Origin: Eledone cirrhosa
Taxonomy: Eukaryota
Length of the DNA stretch: 64,000 bases
Assembly (NCBI GenBank): GCA_964016885.1
Contig: OZ024754.1
Location: forward strand, 7,130,001-7,194,000
Direction of reading: 5' to 3'
The translations under genes were made by a program, and so were the position numbers. The notes below the pieces were generated by a model that made no database searches, was not told where the DNA came from, and saw only the letters and a list, made by a program, of their open reading frames with translations. This document shows positions 12,990 to 25,139 of this stretch, in pieces. The stretch's first letter is position 1; every line of letters starts with the position of its first letter.

Positions 12990-13440
12990 GTGTAGAAACG
13001 TGTTGTTGAATAATGGTTTCTAACTAGTAAATTCCTTGTTTATGACGTTGAGAGTGATAAGTGAGTGTAGGTAATTTGGTGCAGAAGACAGACCTGTCAA
13101 CCCTCTCTCTCCGACGGTAAGATCTCCCACTCACTTTGGTGTGGGTGAGAGATGGCTTCCCCCCCGTGAAAATAGGTATAGCTTTCATTATGTAAAATCA
13201 ACGGGGAGATCTCCCACACACTTAATGGTGGGTGAGAGATGTCTTCTCTTGTGAAAATGGGTATAGCTTTCATTATGTAAAATCTCCCCTATTTTGTCTC
13301 ATTTCTCCCTGTTTTGGGGCACTTTCTTTCATGGTACTCCCCGTTTGGGCTTTTAGAGGCTGACAGGACAGGTCTGAGAAGATACACGAGGTATTCGAGA
13401 TATAAAAGTGTAGCCATTCTCGGGAGATAAAGTCTGACAT
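12990..13440 (-). pseudogene. PTP WPD-loop pseudo-exon split by a hAT-like MITE
   Basis: Removing the insert joins SREWLHFYISN../VSSAPNYLHSLITLNV...KPL. Confidence 0.45.
13089..13376. mobile_element. hAT-like non-autonomous element, TIR CAGACCTGTC, AGAAGA flanking duplication, internal ~89-bp tandem duplication
   Basis: CAGACCTGTC at 13089 and GACAGGTCTG ending 13376; related end fragment at 50722-50790. Confidence 0.75.
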
Positions 13441-13692
13441 GCTGTGTGACAGTACTGGTAGTTTCACTTACACGTACAGTGCATATGTGAGGTTTTGTCT
13501 CACCAATGGCCACTCACAAGGCCTGGATCAAGCCGAAGCTATGGTAAAACAGAAAAAAAAGAGTTTTTTAAGATCCCGATAGTGAGATCGAAACTGAAAC
13601 CTTCAGAGCCTAAAGCAAACATTTTATGCATTCGACCATGTCTGCATTAATTAACGTTACCGTTTATATAAATTCTATATCTCTTGTGACGC

Positions 13693-14010
13693 TTAACTCC
13701 ACCAGTTGCAGACTGCGCATTAACATGTGATATCTCTCTCCACTAAGTTCGATCACCAGCAGCAGAGTTCAAAGAGCAAAGATCAAGTCCAGTCCATAAG
13801 TTGATATTGTCAAGCCATGGTTTTGGCTGCCGGCCTCTGCTTCTCTTACCAGCCAACCTTCCTTCCAGGAATATATAATACCTTTCAATCACCACCAGCA
13901 GAGTTTAAAGAACAAAGATCAAGTCCAGTCCATAAGTTGACATTGTCAAGCCATTGTTTTGGCTGCCGGCCTCTACTTCTCTTACCAGCCAACCTCCTTC
14001 CAGGCATAAC
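13693..14010 (-). mobile_element. RTE-like LINE 3' fragment with ~136-bp tandem duplication
   Basis: LEGRLAGKRSRGRQPKQWLDNVNLWTGLDL present twice; related 3' end near 31013-31100. Confidence 0.75.
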
Positions 14011-14352
14011 CTATTCACACCACGAGTTGATCTTTTTATATGGCCGTATAGTTTGAGTACTCTTGACTTGACAATTGATGTAATTGGTCTAAGTTTAGTA
14101 ATGTTGAGCAGCTCAGTGATACAGATAATACCTTATGTTACCATTCTGTACATTTCGTTTGTGAAATGACAGCGTTTGTTAGAACATCGGATAGAATACT
14201 TTCTGACATTCGTTCCGATTCTTTGGGCTCTCAGAATTCACAACTTGCCAAGGTCAACTTTGCCTTTCAGTCTTTCGAGGTCGATAAAAATGCACAAGTC
14301 CAAATACTCGATTCGATTTTACATTTATTACTCTGATTCATGTCCTTTATAC

Positions 14353-14475
14353 CATTCCCTGGAAGAAATCAGCTGTGTTGAGACCTGGAATGAGAATGGT
14401 TTCTACCAGAGTTTACGTGACTGGGACATGTCACAAAGGGATCTTACTAGTATATCAGGATTTACGGGTACATAT
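14353..14475 (-). pseudogene. 123-nt phase 0-0 pseudo-exon, KC..YWP-type PTP segment
   Basis: TGTAG| acceptor, ATG|GTATAA donor; ICTRK..YTSKIPL*HVPVT*TLVET; stops. Confidence 0.4.
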
Positions 14476-15233
14476 CTACATACAAACAATACTTTTATTA
14501 AATTAATTGGAAGTGTTCTTGGAAAGAATCAATACTGAGGAATTACATGTGGAAATTGAAGCAATTTCTTTTCCAGATATTCAAATGTTCTAAATTTATA
14601 GACACAAATTTATTCTATTTTTATTTTCCTTGATACCAAATACACATTTAGCCTAGATCATTCTTAATATTAAATTCTAGAACATGGAGAAAACATTGAT
14701 TAAGCAGTGAGAAACTATTAGAAAACAATGTATCTGCGACTTTTTATTATATCATTGTTATGTGTATTTAATTGTATCAAAGTTCAAAAGAATTTGCATT
14801 TGTTGTTGTTTGTATGTTTTACTTTTGTTTTGCAGTTGCAATTCTTTTAATTCCAGAAAGTATTGTTTTCTTTTGTTTTCTTTTGTAATTTTAAATGATC
14901 GAAGCAATACATTCACTTCATCTTTTCTTGAAGACAAAGTCGAAAAACGTTTTGATATGAAGCTTTTGTAAACAGCCTTGAGGTAGTTGTAATACATATA
15001 TTTTTTTAAATATTTCGTTTCGTCTTCATTTTGTTTGTTTTTTAAATATACTTTCTTTCGTGTTAGACAACTTATTTCGTTGTAGACGTTCTTTATTTCC
15101 TTACGTTTTTATAGGACTCGTATTTTATTTTGTTTTAGTTTTACTTGTAATCAAATCTACTGAATAGTATTGGCTTCTTTCTCCTTTACTTCTTACTTTT
15201 ACATTTTGTTAGAATATTATCTATCTATATAAA

Positions 15234-15429
15234 GTAAGGAACCAGATGGACCATAACGCATCAGAGTAGTCAATACTTAGAGTAGTAGAGTGGGTAGTAG
15301 GAAAAGAGTCAGGACTCCGACGGCTGAGCTCCAGCCGTTATGACAGCTAGATCCGAACTGATCGACAGATAGTTCGGATCTAGCTGTCGAAACGGCCGGA
15401 GCTCAGTCGTAGGGGGCCTGACTTCTTTT

Positions 15430-15432
<3 letters not shown>
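15234..15432 (-). mobile_element. Fold-back element family B (Penelope-like terminus)
   Basis: ~60-bp inverted arms around 15360-15372; same family at 39105, 47330, 47965, 55285. Confidence 0.75.
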
Positions 15433-15467
<35 letters not shown>

Positions 15468-15534
15468 ACCAAACAGTGAGTGTGTTCTGTTATTAATTCT
15501 GGCAATAATATTACAACAATATGACCCTCCCCAA

Positions 15535-15581
<47 letters not shown>

Positions 15582-15870
15582 GTACAGGCACTTCGTCGGT
15601 TACGACGACGAGTGTTCTAGTTGCTTTGATCAATAGAACGGCTTGCTCGTAAAATTAACGTGCAAGTGGCTGAGCATTCTACAGACACGCATACCATTAA
15701 CGTAGTTCTCAGGGAGATTCAGCGTGATACGGAATATGACGAGGCTGGCCCTTCGAATTACAGGTACAGTTCATTTTTGCAAACTGAGTGGAGTGGACTG
15801 GAGCAACGTGAAATAAAGTGTCTTGCTCAATGACACAACGTACCGCCAGGAATCAAAGTCACGATTATTA
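15582..15870 (-). mobile_element. SINE family 2 (diverged relative at 56590-56870)
   Basis: GAGCAACGTGAAATAAAGTGTCTTGCTCAA core shared with 21230, 31480, 47626. Confidence 0.75.
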
Positions 15871-15889
15871 ACTGCGGTCCTGCGTTTAA

Positions 15890-16073
15890 TTTTATACCAA
15901 TGATATAATAGAAACTCCATGCTTTTCTCGTACTGAAGTGTGTGGATTTCGACATCAGTGCCAGTTGACTAGTCACAAAGTCTGTACAATTTCCAGTATA
16001 GGAATGAATTAGGACTTCATATAGCTTTGCCCATTCGTCCAGGAAATTAATAGCTTAAGTAGAATTGAATTAT
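15890..16073 (-). pseudogene. PTP D1 DYINA-type pseudo-exon
   Basis: TGTACAG| acceptor; DNSILLKLL...GQSYMKS*/IHSYTGNCTDFVTSQ...F.RKAW matches the D.S.V.L...DYINASFI.GY...FI.SQ layout. Confidence 0.5.
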
Positions 16074-16392
16074 CTGTACAATGAATATGACGTGCTTCTG
16101 TATCAAAAGGAACTTAGGGCCAAATATCGATTGTAATTTCACTAAAATCGAAGTCAATACTTAAAGGGGATGAAAATATAGATGTAATCGAAGCCAATAT
16201 GTTCATCATCAACATTCTCAGCTATTCTCTATCTTTTCCCCTGCAAAGTAAAGGCCTCTTCCAGCTCCCAACAATTGGTCTTCTTTTGTGACACACGTTA
16301 AACTTTACCTTAGCGGGATTTGACCCCGACTGAAATGAATTACCTTGCCCAAGGAGAGAACACGACGATTATGCTGTGAATACTGTAAACAA

Positions 16393-16575
16393 TAATTGTT
16401 TCTACTTTAGGCACAAGGCTAGCAAATTACCCAGTGCATTACTGGTACTTTATTTTATCGACCCCGTAAGGATGAAAGGCAAAGTCAACCTCGGTGGGAT
16501 TTGAACTCAGATCATAAAGGGACGTAACTATGCTGGAAAGTATGGCGTCCGACCCTCTACTGATACTGCCAATCC
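16393..16575 (-). mobile_element. SINE family 1
   Basis: Full head-core-tail. Confidence 0.9.
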
Positions 16576-16703
16576 AACACAATAATCATCGCGCATTCGT
16601 CACTACAGAGTATATAATTCTCTCTCTCTCTATATATGTCTTGTCTAGTATGAAATTTGTAGTGAGGCATTAACAAACTTTGTTTTTTCTACAAATTTCA
16701 TAC

Positions 16704-17031
16704 TTGACGACCCATATATATGTCTTCGTTTGCGAGTTTATATAACTAATGGAATATATGGCAGGATTCATATATTTAAGATGAAACTGTAGTTATATTT
16801 TCAAGAACGGGCTTTTACAATTCTAACTCCATTTTGTTGTTAAAACTTTAGCATACATGACAAAATGAAACTATATATGTTTGTCAAACTATTATGGATA
16901 TCCTATTATGAAGAGGATGGTCGTAATAGAATATGGTCACAAATACAGTAGCAGGGGAGAATGAATGGTTTACCCAAATCAGGTTTTTTTCTTTAAAATA
17001 TAGTTTTGATTTGATTTTGTACGCAGAGTTT
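16704..17031 (-). pseudogene. Two putative pseudo-exons (16857-17031 hydrophobic/TM-like; 16704-16786 PTP N-terminal)
   Basis: TTTCATAG| and CTACAG| acceptors, GTATG donors, 70-nt intron; frameshifted hydrophobic stretch TVFVTIF/ITTILFIIG. Confidence 0.35.
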
Positions 17032-17433
17032 CTATGAAATATCAAAAGGCTGAGCACTATCATATGTAGGGGATATCATTATTTTTTTTTTTTTACTTCA
17101 ACATCAGTGTGTAGAACTTATTTTCATCAGGTTAACGACCTTATATTTTGTATTTTTCTGATTTAATGGACAGAAATATGGAGTGTCCTACTTCTTAGTG
17201 TTCTTAGTTAATGCATTAAAGTAATATTCTCGTGGAGTTGCACGTAGGGTGTATAGCCGTGTCTTTGTGCGTGTGTTACTGTGTGTTTGTGCGTGTGTAT
17301 CTGTGTGTTTGTGTGTCTGTATCTGTGTGTTTGTGTGTCTGTATCCGTGTGTTTGTATCCGTGTGTTTGTAATGGGAAGACAATGGTTGTTTGCGTGTAT
17401 ATACATCAATGTTATCAAATTTATTGAATTTAC

Positions 17434-17541
17434 TTTTCATTCTTTTGACAACAATAAACAGAGCACCAATTCCGATATTAGTCGATTCTTCTTCTCCATT
17501 GAAGTAATTGGCAGAAGTCAGAACATAAAGAACTGTGGGCG
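17434..17541 (-). pseudogene. 108-nt open phase 1-1 exon (juxtamembrane-like)
   Basis: TTGACAG| ... A|GTAAAT; PTVLYVLTSANYFNGEEESTNIGIGALFIVVKRMK. Confidence 0.5.
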
Positions 17542-17747
17542 CTGTCAATATTTTAAATGTTCAAGATACGTAGTATGTAATGACGGTGGCCCCATGGAGT
17601 GTGCATAGCTAAAATAAAGAGAAATACATGCACACACACATCACATACGTTCCATGGAGCAATATAAACGCCAGGTTTTGCAACTCAAAGAGACAGAACG
17701 GACTAATGAATAGTAAACAATAATTCTTTCATTATTTTCCTTAACCA

Positions 17748-18120
17748 TGCGGTGGATTGGCAGTATCGGTAGAGGGTCGGACGCCATGCTTTGCAACATA
17801 GAATTATGGTCCTTTATGTTCTGAGTTCATATCCCGCCGAGGTTAACTTTGCCTTTCATCCTTACGGGGGTCGATAAAATAAAGTACCAGTCATGCACTG
17901 GAGTCGATTTAATCGACTTTCCCCTCCCCCTAAGTTGTTGGCCTTGTGCTTAAATGAGAAACCATTATTTTTCTTATCCATAGAGTTACAGCCCTTTACA
18001 TTCCGAGTTCAAATCCCGCCGAGGTTAGCTTTGCCTTTCATCCTTACGCGGGCGATAAAATAAAGTACCAGTATTGCACTGGGGTCGATTTAATCGACTT
18101 TCTCCTTCCCCAAAATTGCT
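17748..18120 (+). mobile_element. Two SINE family 1 copies (long, hairpin-tail form)
   Basis: Core plus GTCGATTTAATCGAC hairpin. Confidence 0.9.
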
Positions 18121-18290
18121 GACCGAGACACCAGCCACCCCACAATCCAAGGGTCCCACCTCAAATGGGCCGCCGTCTTTCCGACTTTACGCAGAAAATC
18201 AGCAGTGCAATGACCAAGGACGCTAGAGGTCTAAACGCAGACCGGTGCAAAGAGGAAGCAGTCGGTCAGGCCCTGGTCATGGGAACCATT
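18118..18290 (-). mobile_element. Second, diverged CRE-like RLE fragment
   Basis: QGLTDCFLFAPVCV*TSSVLGHCTADFLRKVGKTAAHLRWDP...WLVSR aligns with the 7400-7590 peptide. Confidence 0.7.
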
Positions 18291-18402
18291 CATCCAGCGT
18301 ATCATACAATAGGAATGAACGTGAAACCTCGACGTTTCTGGACGAACATCTGAACCACAGATCAAATAATATATACCCAACGTAAATAATCATTTAATTT
18401 AC

Positions 18403-18794
18403 CATATATGTCGTATTAATTTATGACTGTTTTTAAATAGATGACTTTTTTGAATATATATATTTTATGTGTAACATTCTTTTTCGTTTCCTGTAAATAC
18501 TTTCCATAATGTCTCCTCACCATAGCCTGAACTAGTCTAGGGGTAAACTTTTATATTTTAAAATCGTTTACAAACTTATTTATTCTACGTTTTGTTTTTC
18601 AAATGTCCGACCCCCGCTTTTCTTTAGACTTCATTGAGTTATATTTTTTTCTTGGTAGAATCGCTGTAATTTAATATTTTCTCATATTTCGTGAATGAAA
18701 TATTTACAATTCATTTTCAATTTCTTAATGGTGTCTTGCCTTCAGCTCTAGCAGATATTTGGCGGGGGTGTATACATGAATTTAGATAGATTTT
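18403..18794 (-). pseudogene. FN3 pseudo-exon
   Basis: CTTACAG| acceptor, G|GTAAAT donor; NLSKFMYTPPPNI... and KVYP*TSSGYGEETLWKVFT (FN3 F/G strands). Confidence 0.6.
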
Positions 18795-19319
18795 CTGTAA
18801 GATCATAAAAATATAGTGATTGCATTCGAAAGTAGAGAAGATTAGTTTGAAATCTTAGCGTTTGTCTTGGAGAATGTAGGATAATTTCTTTTCAGAAAAA
18901 AAAAAATCTATATATAAATTTTCTAAAGATAGAACACAGAAAATTTGCTGAAATATTAGAGTGAACTTTAGAAATTCAACAGCAATGCCGTATAAGTGGT
19001 TTAAGCCTGTGGTACCCAGCCCACGCAGAAACTAGTCCTTTGGTCATCATGGGGTAATTTTTAAAGAAATGTTTTACGGCTGCTTTTTAAGATGTCAAAC
19101 CTTTTAGTGGCATGTTACGATACTTAAGGTTATGGTGCACTTATTGTAAACCGGATAAACAAGGTTTAATAACTAGTTGGAAAAATCCAAATACCTCTTT
19201 GGAGTTCACATAAATTTTGAATTGTGAGACGAAGTATCGAATTGAACTTTCTATGGGACTGGATGATTTGTGATCAATATTCCAATGTGACATATGAATT
19301 CCATTAATATTCTTCTTAC

Positions 19320-19385
19320 CATTTCACTCGGTTTGAATAATACTCGTTTTACACCAATATTCCTTATAAATTCCATAAATATTTG
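19320..19385 (-). pseudogene. 66-nt exon-like segment
   Basis: TTTACAG| and G|GTAAGA; open in phase 0 (QIFMEFIRNIGVKRVLFKPSEM), one TGA in phase 1 (NIYGIYKEYWCK..TE*N). Confidence 0.5.
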
Positions 19386-19946
19386 CTGTAAATATGAACA
19401 CTTCGTATTTAATATAGCCGAAATGAGGTGTTATAAGACACATTTTAGAAATATGTAACATAATTACAATATATTAAACACATATAAGATTTTACAATTA
19501 TATAATTTGAAATAGAATACCAAACAAAGTATCTAGTTTTATTTAGTTGCGACTCTTAAGTTCTGAGTTCAAACCCTTGCAAGATCAACGTTTATTATTT
19601 TTTTCAAGTAACAATAAAATAAGTAAGATTTAATTGCCGGGGACGATATAATCAACTGGGCCTCACCCCAGTGTGTGTCGTACAACTATCAATGTGAAAC
19701 ACAAATATCTAATATGAGAGCACTTGAAGACAGTTGTCCGAACTAGGCAATACATTCTTTGTTAATAAAATAATAACTGTGTCGTCAAGTTTAGATTAGG
19801 TTCAGTGTAGCTTTGATAACGTAATAAAAATTCCTTAAATATTAAGTGTATCCAGCAATCTATCTGCTACATTAAATATCAAGTAACTCTCAACTTAGAA
19901 ATATATAAATATTAACTTAAGGTTAATTATTATATTTGCTTTATAC

Positions 19947-20030
19947 CATTACAGACGCATGACTGATCACATTCCAAAATATCACAACTTATATTTACAA
20001 AAGCATCACACACAAATAGAAACCCAAATC
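19947..20030 (-). pseudogene. 84-nt open phase 1-1 Cys-rich exon
   Basis: TTTACAG| and G|GTATAA; FGFLFVCDAFVNISCDILECDQSCVCN. Confidence 0.5.
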
Positions 20031-20547
20031 CTGTAAACAGCTTGAAATCACTTATCTTTCGATTGTTTACATGGTCGTTAGACGTCTTTCAATATTCCAG
20101 ACAATATTAGTAAAGGAGGAAAGAAATAGTGATAGAGAAATATAAAAGAATGTACAATATTTGAACAAACTCCTAAGGCTATGTTAAACAAACTACTAAA
20201 GCTATATGATAAAAATTACATCCATTTGTGTGGGTAAAAATTCTTAAGTGATACTTTAATTTCCCCTGAATACATTATGTTAAAGATTATTCTAAACTTT
20301 GTTATTTTTGGTGGGTTTGTTTTTTCATATTATATTAGTGTTTTACTTTGGAAATGATAAAGATCGTGTTTGGATTCTGAATGTGGAATATATTTGTCAG
20401 CCAAGTATTTAATTCTAAATTATATTTTGCTTTATCACATTTTATTACATTAACAAAATTGATTTTCCTCTAATAGTGTACGACGTAATTTCAATTAATT
20501 TGGATGTACTAAATATTTTTTTTTTAAAACACAGCCATACACCTTAC

Positions 20548-21073
20548 CATTCTGTAAATTATTGATTTGTTTTTAGGACATCAAAATAGTAAACATTCTT
20601 TAAGATGACATATTTTATTCTCTCAGAATAATAGTATATATATTTTTTTAAAATCTCACAGAAACATTATTTTCAAAATATTATGAAAATATCTAAAAAC
20701 TATAGCCTTATCAAAATTAATAAATTTCTCCAACTGATAAAAGATGGAAAAAATTATTGCAAGAAGGATTAAATGAGGATAATCAATTCTTCGAAAATTC
20801 AAATTTTTTTATATTTTATCTTATTTTCGTTATAATTTTCGCTGAGATATTAAATATGTGAGAAGTTTTATATTCATTCTTCCGACCTCTAACTTTTTTG
20901 ACTGTCATTAATAACTACAATACTGGCCAAGTAAAAAGCACATTCATCAAATTTTAATTAAAATATCTGATGTTTCTATAGAGGTTATTGTATTGTTATT
21001 TGCAGAGAACGATTTGAAATTCAACTCAATGAGAGTAATCAATCAACAAAGCATCTCATATAGAAAACATAAC
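20548..21073 (-). pseudogene. FN3-like pseudo-exon
   Basis: Strong TTTCTATTTTCAG|G acceptor and G|GTAAGG donor; DILIK/DECAFYLASIVVINDSQKS*RSE. Confidence 0.45.
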
Positions 21074-21229
21074 CTGAAAATAGAAACTTCAATTAAATAG
21101 CTTATTTACTGACACGCGTTTATCTTAAGTTATAAACAAAATTTCCTCCGATATAAACAAGACTAATATAAAAGTAACTAAAGTCGTGAGATTGCCACGT
21201 CTCCATGATAATTTAGTGTATCTATCTAT

Positions 21230-21447
21230 AGGAACGATCGACATTCATCAAATCGGATCGGAGGAAACAATGTTTTCATTGGTCTTTCCAATTGCTAATA
21301 CTATCTATCGGTCGCAACTCCAGGTAGGAGCAATGTGAAATAAAGTGTCTTGCTCAAGGACATAACGCATCGCCCGGTCCTGGAATCGAACTCACAACCT
21401 CACGATTACGAATCCAATTCTCTAACCACTCAGCCACACGCCTTCAA
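21230..21447 (-). mobile_element. SINE family 2 variant (close copy at 47626-47845, + strand)
   Basis: tRNA head GGCGTGTGGCTGAGTGGTTAGAG...GAGTTCGATTCC; shared unique 3' part. Confidence 0.85.
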
Positions 21448-21451
21448 TGTA

Positions 21452-21990
21452 TCTATCTATATAATACTAAAATTCTGTGATTGCTTGATTGCTTGTTTGC
21501 TTGCCAAGATGGCGCATAATGGGAAAATACTTTGAAAAGAAGTTGACCCTAAAATAGGAATACAAATGGAATAAAACAAGTTTCGTGTAAATCGGACCAC
21601 GGGTTACCGAGATATGGGGTTTTTCCGGGTACCTTCATAAACAAAGAGAGAGAAAGATAGAGAGGAAGAGATAGTAGTTGTGAGAGAGTAGATTGAAAGA
21701 GACACAGAGGGAGAAGAGACAGAGGAGTATCGAAGAGAGCTGGCGTTGTGTGTGTGTGTGACCAGTGTATATAAATCACAGACACCCACATTTATATATA
21801 TACATACACAAACATATATATATATGTATATGGGCCTGCCAGTTTCATTTCACATGATATACATGTATGTGTATATTTCAATTATTTAAAAAAAATATTT
21901 TTAAATAATTAAAATGATTTAAAAAAATATTTTAAAATAATTAAAATGATTTAAAAAAAATATTTTTAAGTGAGCGTGACTCAACTAATT
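21452..21990 (+). mobile_element. Helitron-like non-autonomous fragment
   Basis: 5' TCTATCTATATAATACTAAAA followed by short tandem TTGC units; no clear 3' hairpin. Confidence 0.35.
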
Positions 21991-22719
21991 TTAGAGTAAA
22001 TATTTCGCTAATGGTATATATTGCAATATACTGTCGCTTCTTTCGTTTATGTGATAATCTTATTGAATAGCACAGAACTACGTGATAATTTTCGATGAGG
22101 AGTGTTCAATCAATAGAATGGTCTAACGAGCAAGTGCCGGAGCATTACACAGATATGTTGACCATTGATGTATTTCTCAGGGTGTGACTGTGTGTAACAT
22201 TATATAATCGATATCATCGATTCCACACTAATATACTACTATATTACGTGATCACAGATAAGAGATATATCAATACTCTACCATCATAGCACTCAATACA
22301 CGCTTTAAATAGAGAATACAATTGTGAATATAATTTACTACAGTTGAAATATATTAGTTAAAACTCCGTCTTTCTGTTCTCTTCTTCCTTTAAATCTTCT
22401 TCGATTAAATCGACCCCAGTGCGTGACTGGTACTTTATTTTATCGACCCTGTAAGGATGAAATGCAAAGTTAACCTCGGCGGGATTTGAACTCAAAGAAA
22501 CGTAACTCTATGCGTCAAAGCATGGGGTCCGACCCTCTACTGATACTGCTAATCCACATGAAATGAAAGAAATGTTATAGCTAGATTTTATACAGCAGTA
22601 TCCCATCAAGGCCCAACGCAGGTTGGGAAAGGAGGAACGAATCGATGAATGAATAAAGAATGAATCAATGAAAGAAAGATCCAGAAACCCGAAGAAAAAC
22701 ATATGTGATTCATTGAAAA

Positions 22720-23600
22720 GTATTCTATAGCAACAGTGGAATAAAGAAGAAAACTGGATCGTGTTCATCAAGACGTAAATACAATTACATCATGGTAGAG
22801 GTATTTTAGCTATTCAAATATCACATAAATTGCCCCATTTCTATATATTTCATGGCATAAAATGTTCATCGCACCCTTTGTGACCTGGTCACTGAGACAA
22901 CGCGTCTTAAATATATATTTTAAAAATATTTTGTTTGTTTAAATGTTTAAAATTAGTCTTCCACAATATAATTGTTTGTTTCAACACTCCTATATATTTC
23001 ATGGCATAAAATGTTCGTCGCACTCTTTGTGGCCTGGTCACTGACATAATGCGTCTTACATATATTTTTAAAATATTTTGTTTGTTTAAATATCTAAAAT
23101 TAGTCTTCCACAATATAATTGTTTGTTTCAACACCTTCAAATCAAGCCGGTTGCCAAACAGATAAGACTCTGCCAAATGTTGATGGATCTCAAGAAATCC
23201 ACAAGTTTTCTCATGTGTTAAAAATGCATTAACCTATTTTCTGGACATGTAAATCAATAGTTTAATTTATTTTCTGTGTCATCGCTCCTTGTATATTTGC
23301 CAACAGGCAACGAATTGTAGATACATTAACCGAATATAATGGTGAAGATGTAAAGACCGATAGTCATCGTTATTTGATATTGTCAAAAATTATTCAATAG
23401 TATCACTGTAATAATAATGATGAACGCCAAAATAAACTGAGGGAAATATTGATAGATCTTTGTATAAGCGATACATTAACTTATATGTTTGGTACCATTG
23501 CTCCTTGCTTATTTGCCAGCTGGCAGCCATGTGTAGATAAACTAACGGAGTATATGTCAAGTAAACAACGCAGAAATTCATACATTAAGAAAATATTATA
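22720..23600 (-). pseudogene. Decayed tandem FN3 coding block containing a 149-bp tandem duplication (22841-23135)
   Basis: One frame gives YSVSLSTHGCQLANKQGAM and YSVNVSTIRCLLANIQGAM repeats, then ENL...RVLSVWQPA*FEGVETNNYIVE. Confidence 0.6.
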
Positions 23601-23754
23601 AAGAATGAATACATCAATGTTTGAACAAAAACTAAAATGAGAATAAAGGGGAAAGTGATATAAGGCTTATCAAGACAAAATGGACGGTAAGGTGACGGAA
23701 ATGAAAGTTACCTAGTAATCTTTTTGTTTTGTTGTAGTTAGTTGTTTCTTTCGT

Positions 23755-23795
23755 CTTAATATTTCGGGACTTAAAATTCCCCTCTTCAGAGTATA
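23755..23795 (-). ncRNA. Degenerate minimal hammerhead ribozyme motif
   Basis: CTGAAGA-G-GGGA-ATTTTAAG-TCCC-GAAATATT; stem I poorly paired. Confidence 0.45.
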
Positions 23796-24773
23796 AGGAA
23801 CTCTCAGAGAAAAATGTTCTGGTTTCTTCTCTTTGGAATTCAATTTAGATTTAGATTTTATAAACTGTTTTCAAGCGTTGTTTGATGGTTACTTTGCTAT
23901 TCACGAGAATGACGTCAATCACCAATGTAGTATTTATAACAACTTCAATATTTTTTACACTTTTTTTGCTAAAAGGATCAACCAATCATGAAATCAGTGA
24001 GTGAGTGTGCGCGTGTGTGTGTGTGTATATATATATATGTGTGTGTGTTATTTTCATAATATCTATAGTTAATATTAAGTAACAATAATTCTTTTATTTT
24101 ATAAATTTTATTTTATAAACTTTTTTTTTTTTTTCATTTAAGGAACTGTTATTTATTTTGATCATTATTTTGATCATTTATCATGATTTTATGTTTTTGA
24201 TTTTGAGTAATTGACTAAATATTGTTTCCACGATGGAATTTCACTCTATTAACCAGGCAGTATCGATAGAGGGTCTGACGCTATGCTTTGCAGCAAAGAC
24301 TTACGGCCCTTTATGGTCTGAGTTCAAATCTCGCCGAGATTAACTTTGCCTTTCATCCTTACGGGGTCGATAAAATAAAGTACCAGTAATACACTGGGGT
24401 AATTGCTGGCCTTGTGCCAACAATAGAAACAATTATTTAGAAGTTTTATCTGTTATTGTCCTGTCCCGAAGCAATATATCAACAGGTCAGCAAATGATAT
24501 ATCGATGTGTCATCAGTGAGTGTAGAAGACATGGTTTTCTAGTAACCATTCCAAAAGAGCTTCAGTTCAGTATTAAAAGTTACTAAATTCAAAAGTCTCC
24601 CGTTGTAGTATTTGGCTTTATATGGGACGTAAGGAAAACGTACCAAACCATTCCAGAGCTATTTTCGTCCAGTGATCTAGGGGTCCTCCTACATGCTAAT
24701 CGACCACCCTTAAATTAAAATTTCATTTGACATAACAAAATATATTTTCCTACATTACGTAAGTTATAATATA

Positions 24774-25139
24774 CAGGGTGGGCCAGAATTAATTCCTTAC
24801 TCGTTAGTTATATTTCTTAACATGCTTATTTTATTGTTTTGTTTTAATTTATTATTTTATTTCTTAATATGCTTAGCAAGTTTCTTAATTTATATTTTTA
24901 TTTCTTAACATGCCTCACAGATTTTTTTAAATTTATTTTTTCTAAATTTGATTAACCGTGCCACATCCTTTGCTAAGCTTGGAAAAACGGGTTCAATGTG
25001 CGAGATTATTTTCTAAAACAGACATCACTGAAGTCTGCAGAGTAATGGAAGCAACTTATATTAATTAACTTATTTTATAATATTTTATGTTATTAGATCT
25101 ATAAATAATCAAGTAAGTCATGAATTCTGGCCCACGCTG
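24774..25139. mobile_element. Tc1/mariner MITE, ~366 bp
   Basis: TA|CAGGGTGGGCCAGAATT ... AATTCTGGCCCACGCTG|TA. Confidence 0.85.

Noticed and set aside
19320-19385. Selenocysteine TGA in the phase-1 reading
   Set aside because: Neighbouring exons have many stops and frameshifts; no SECIS identified
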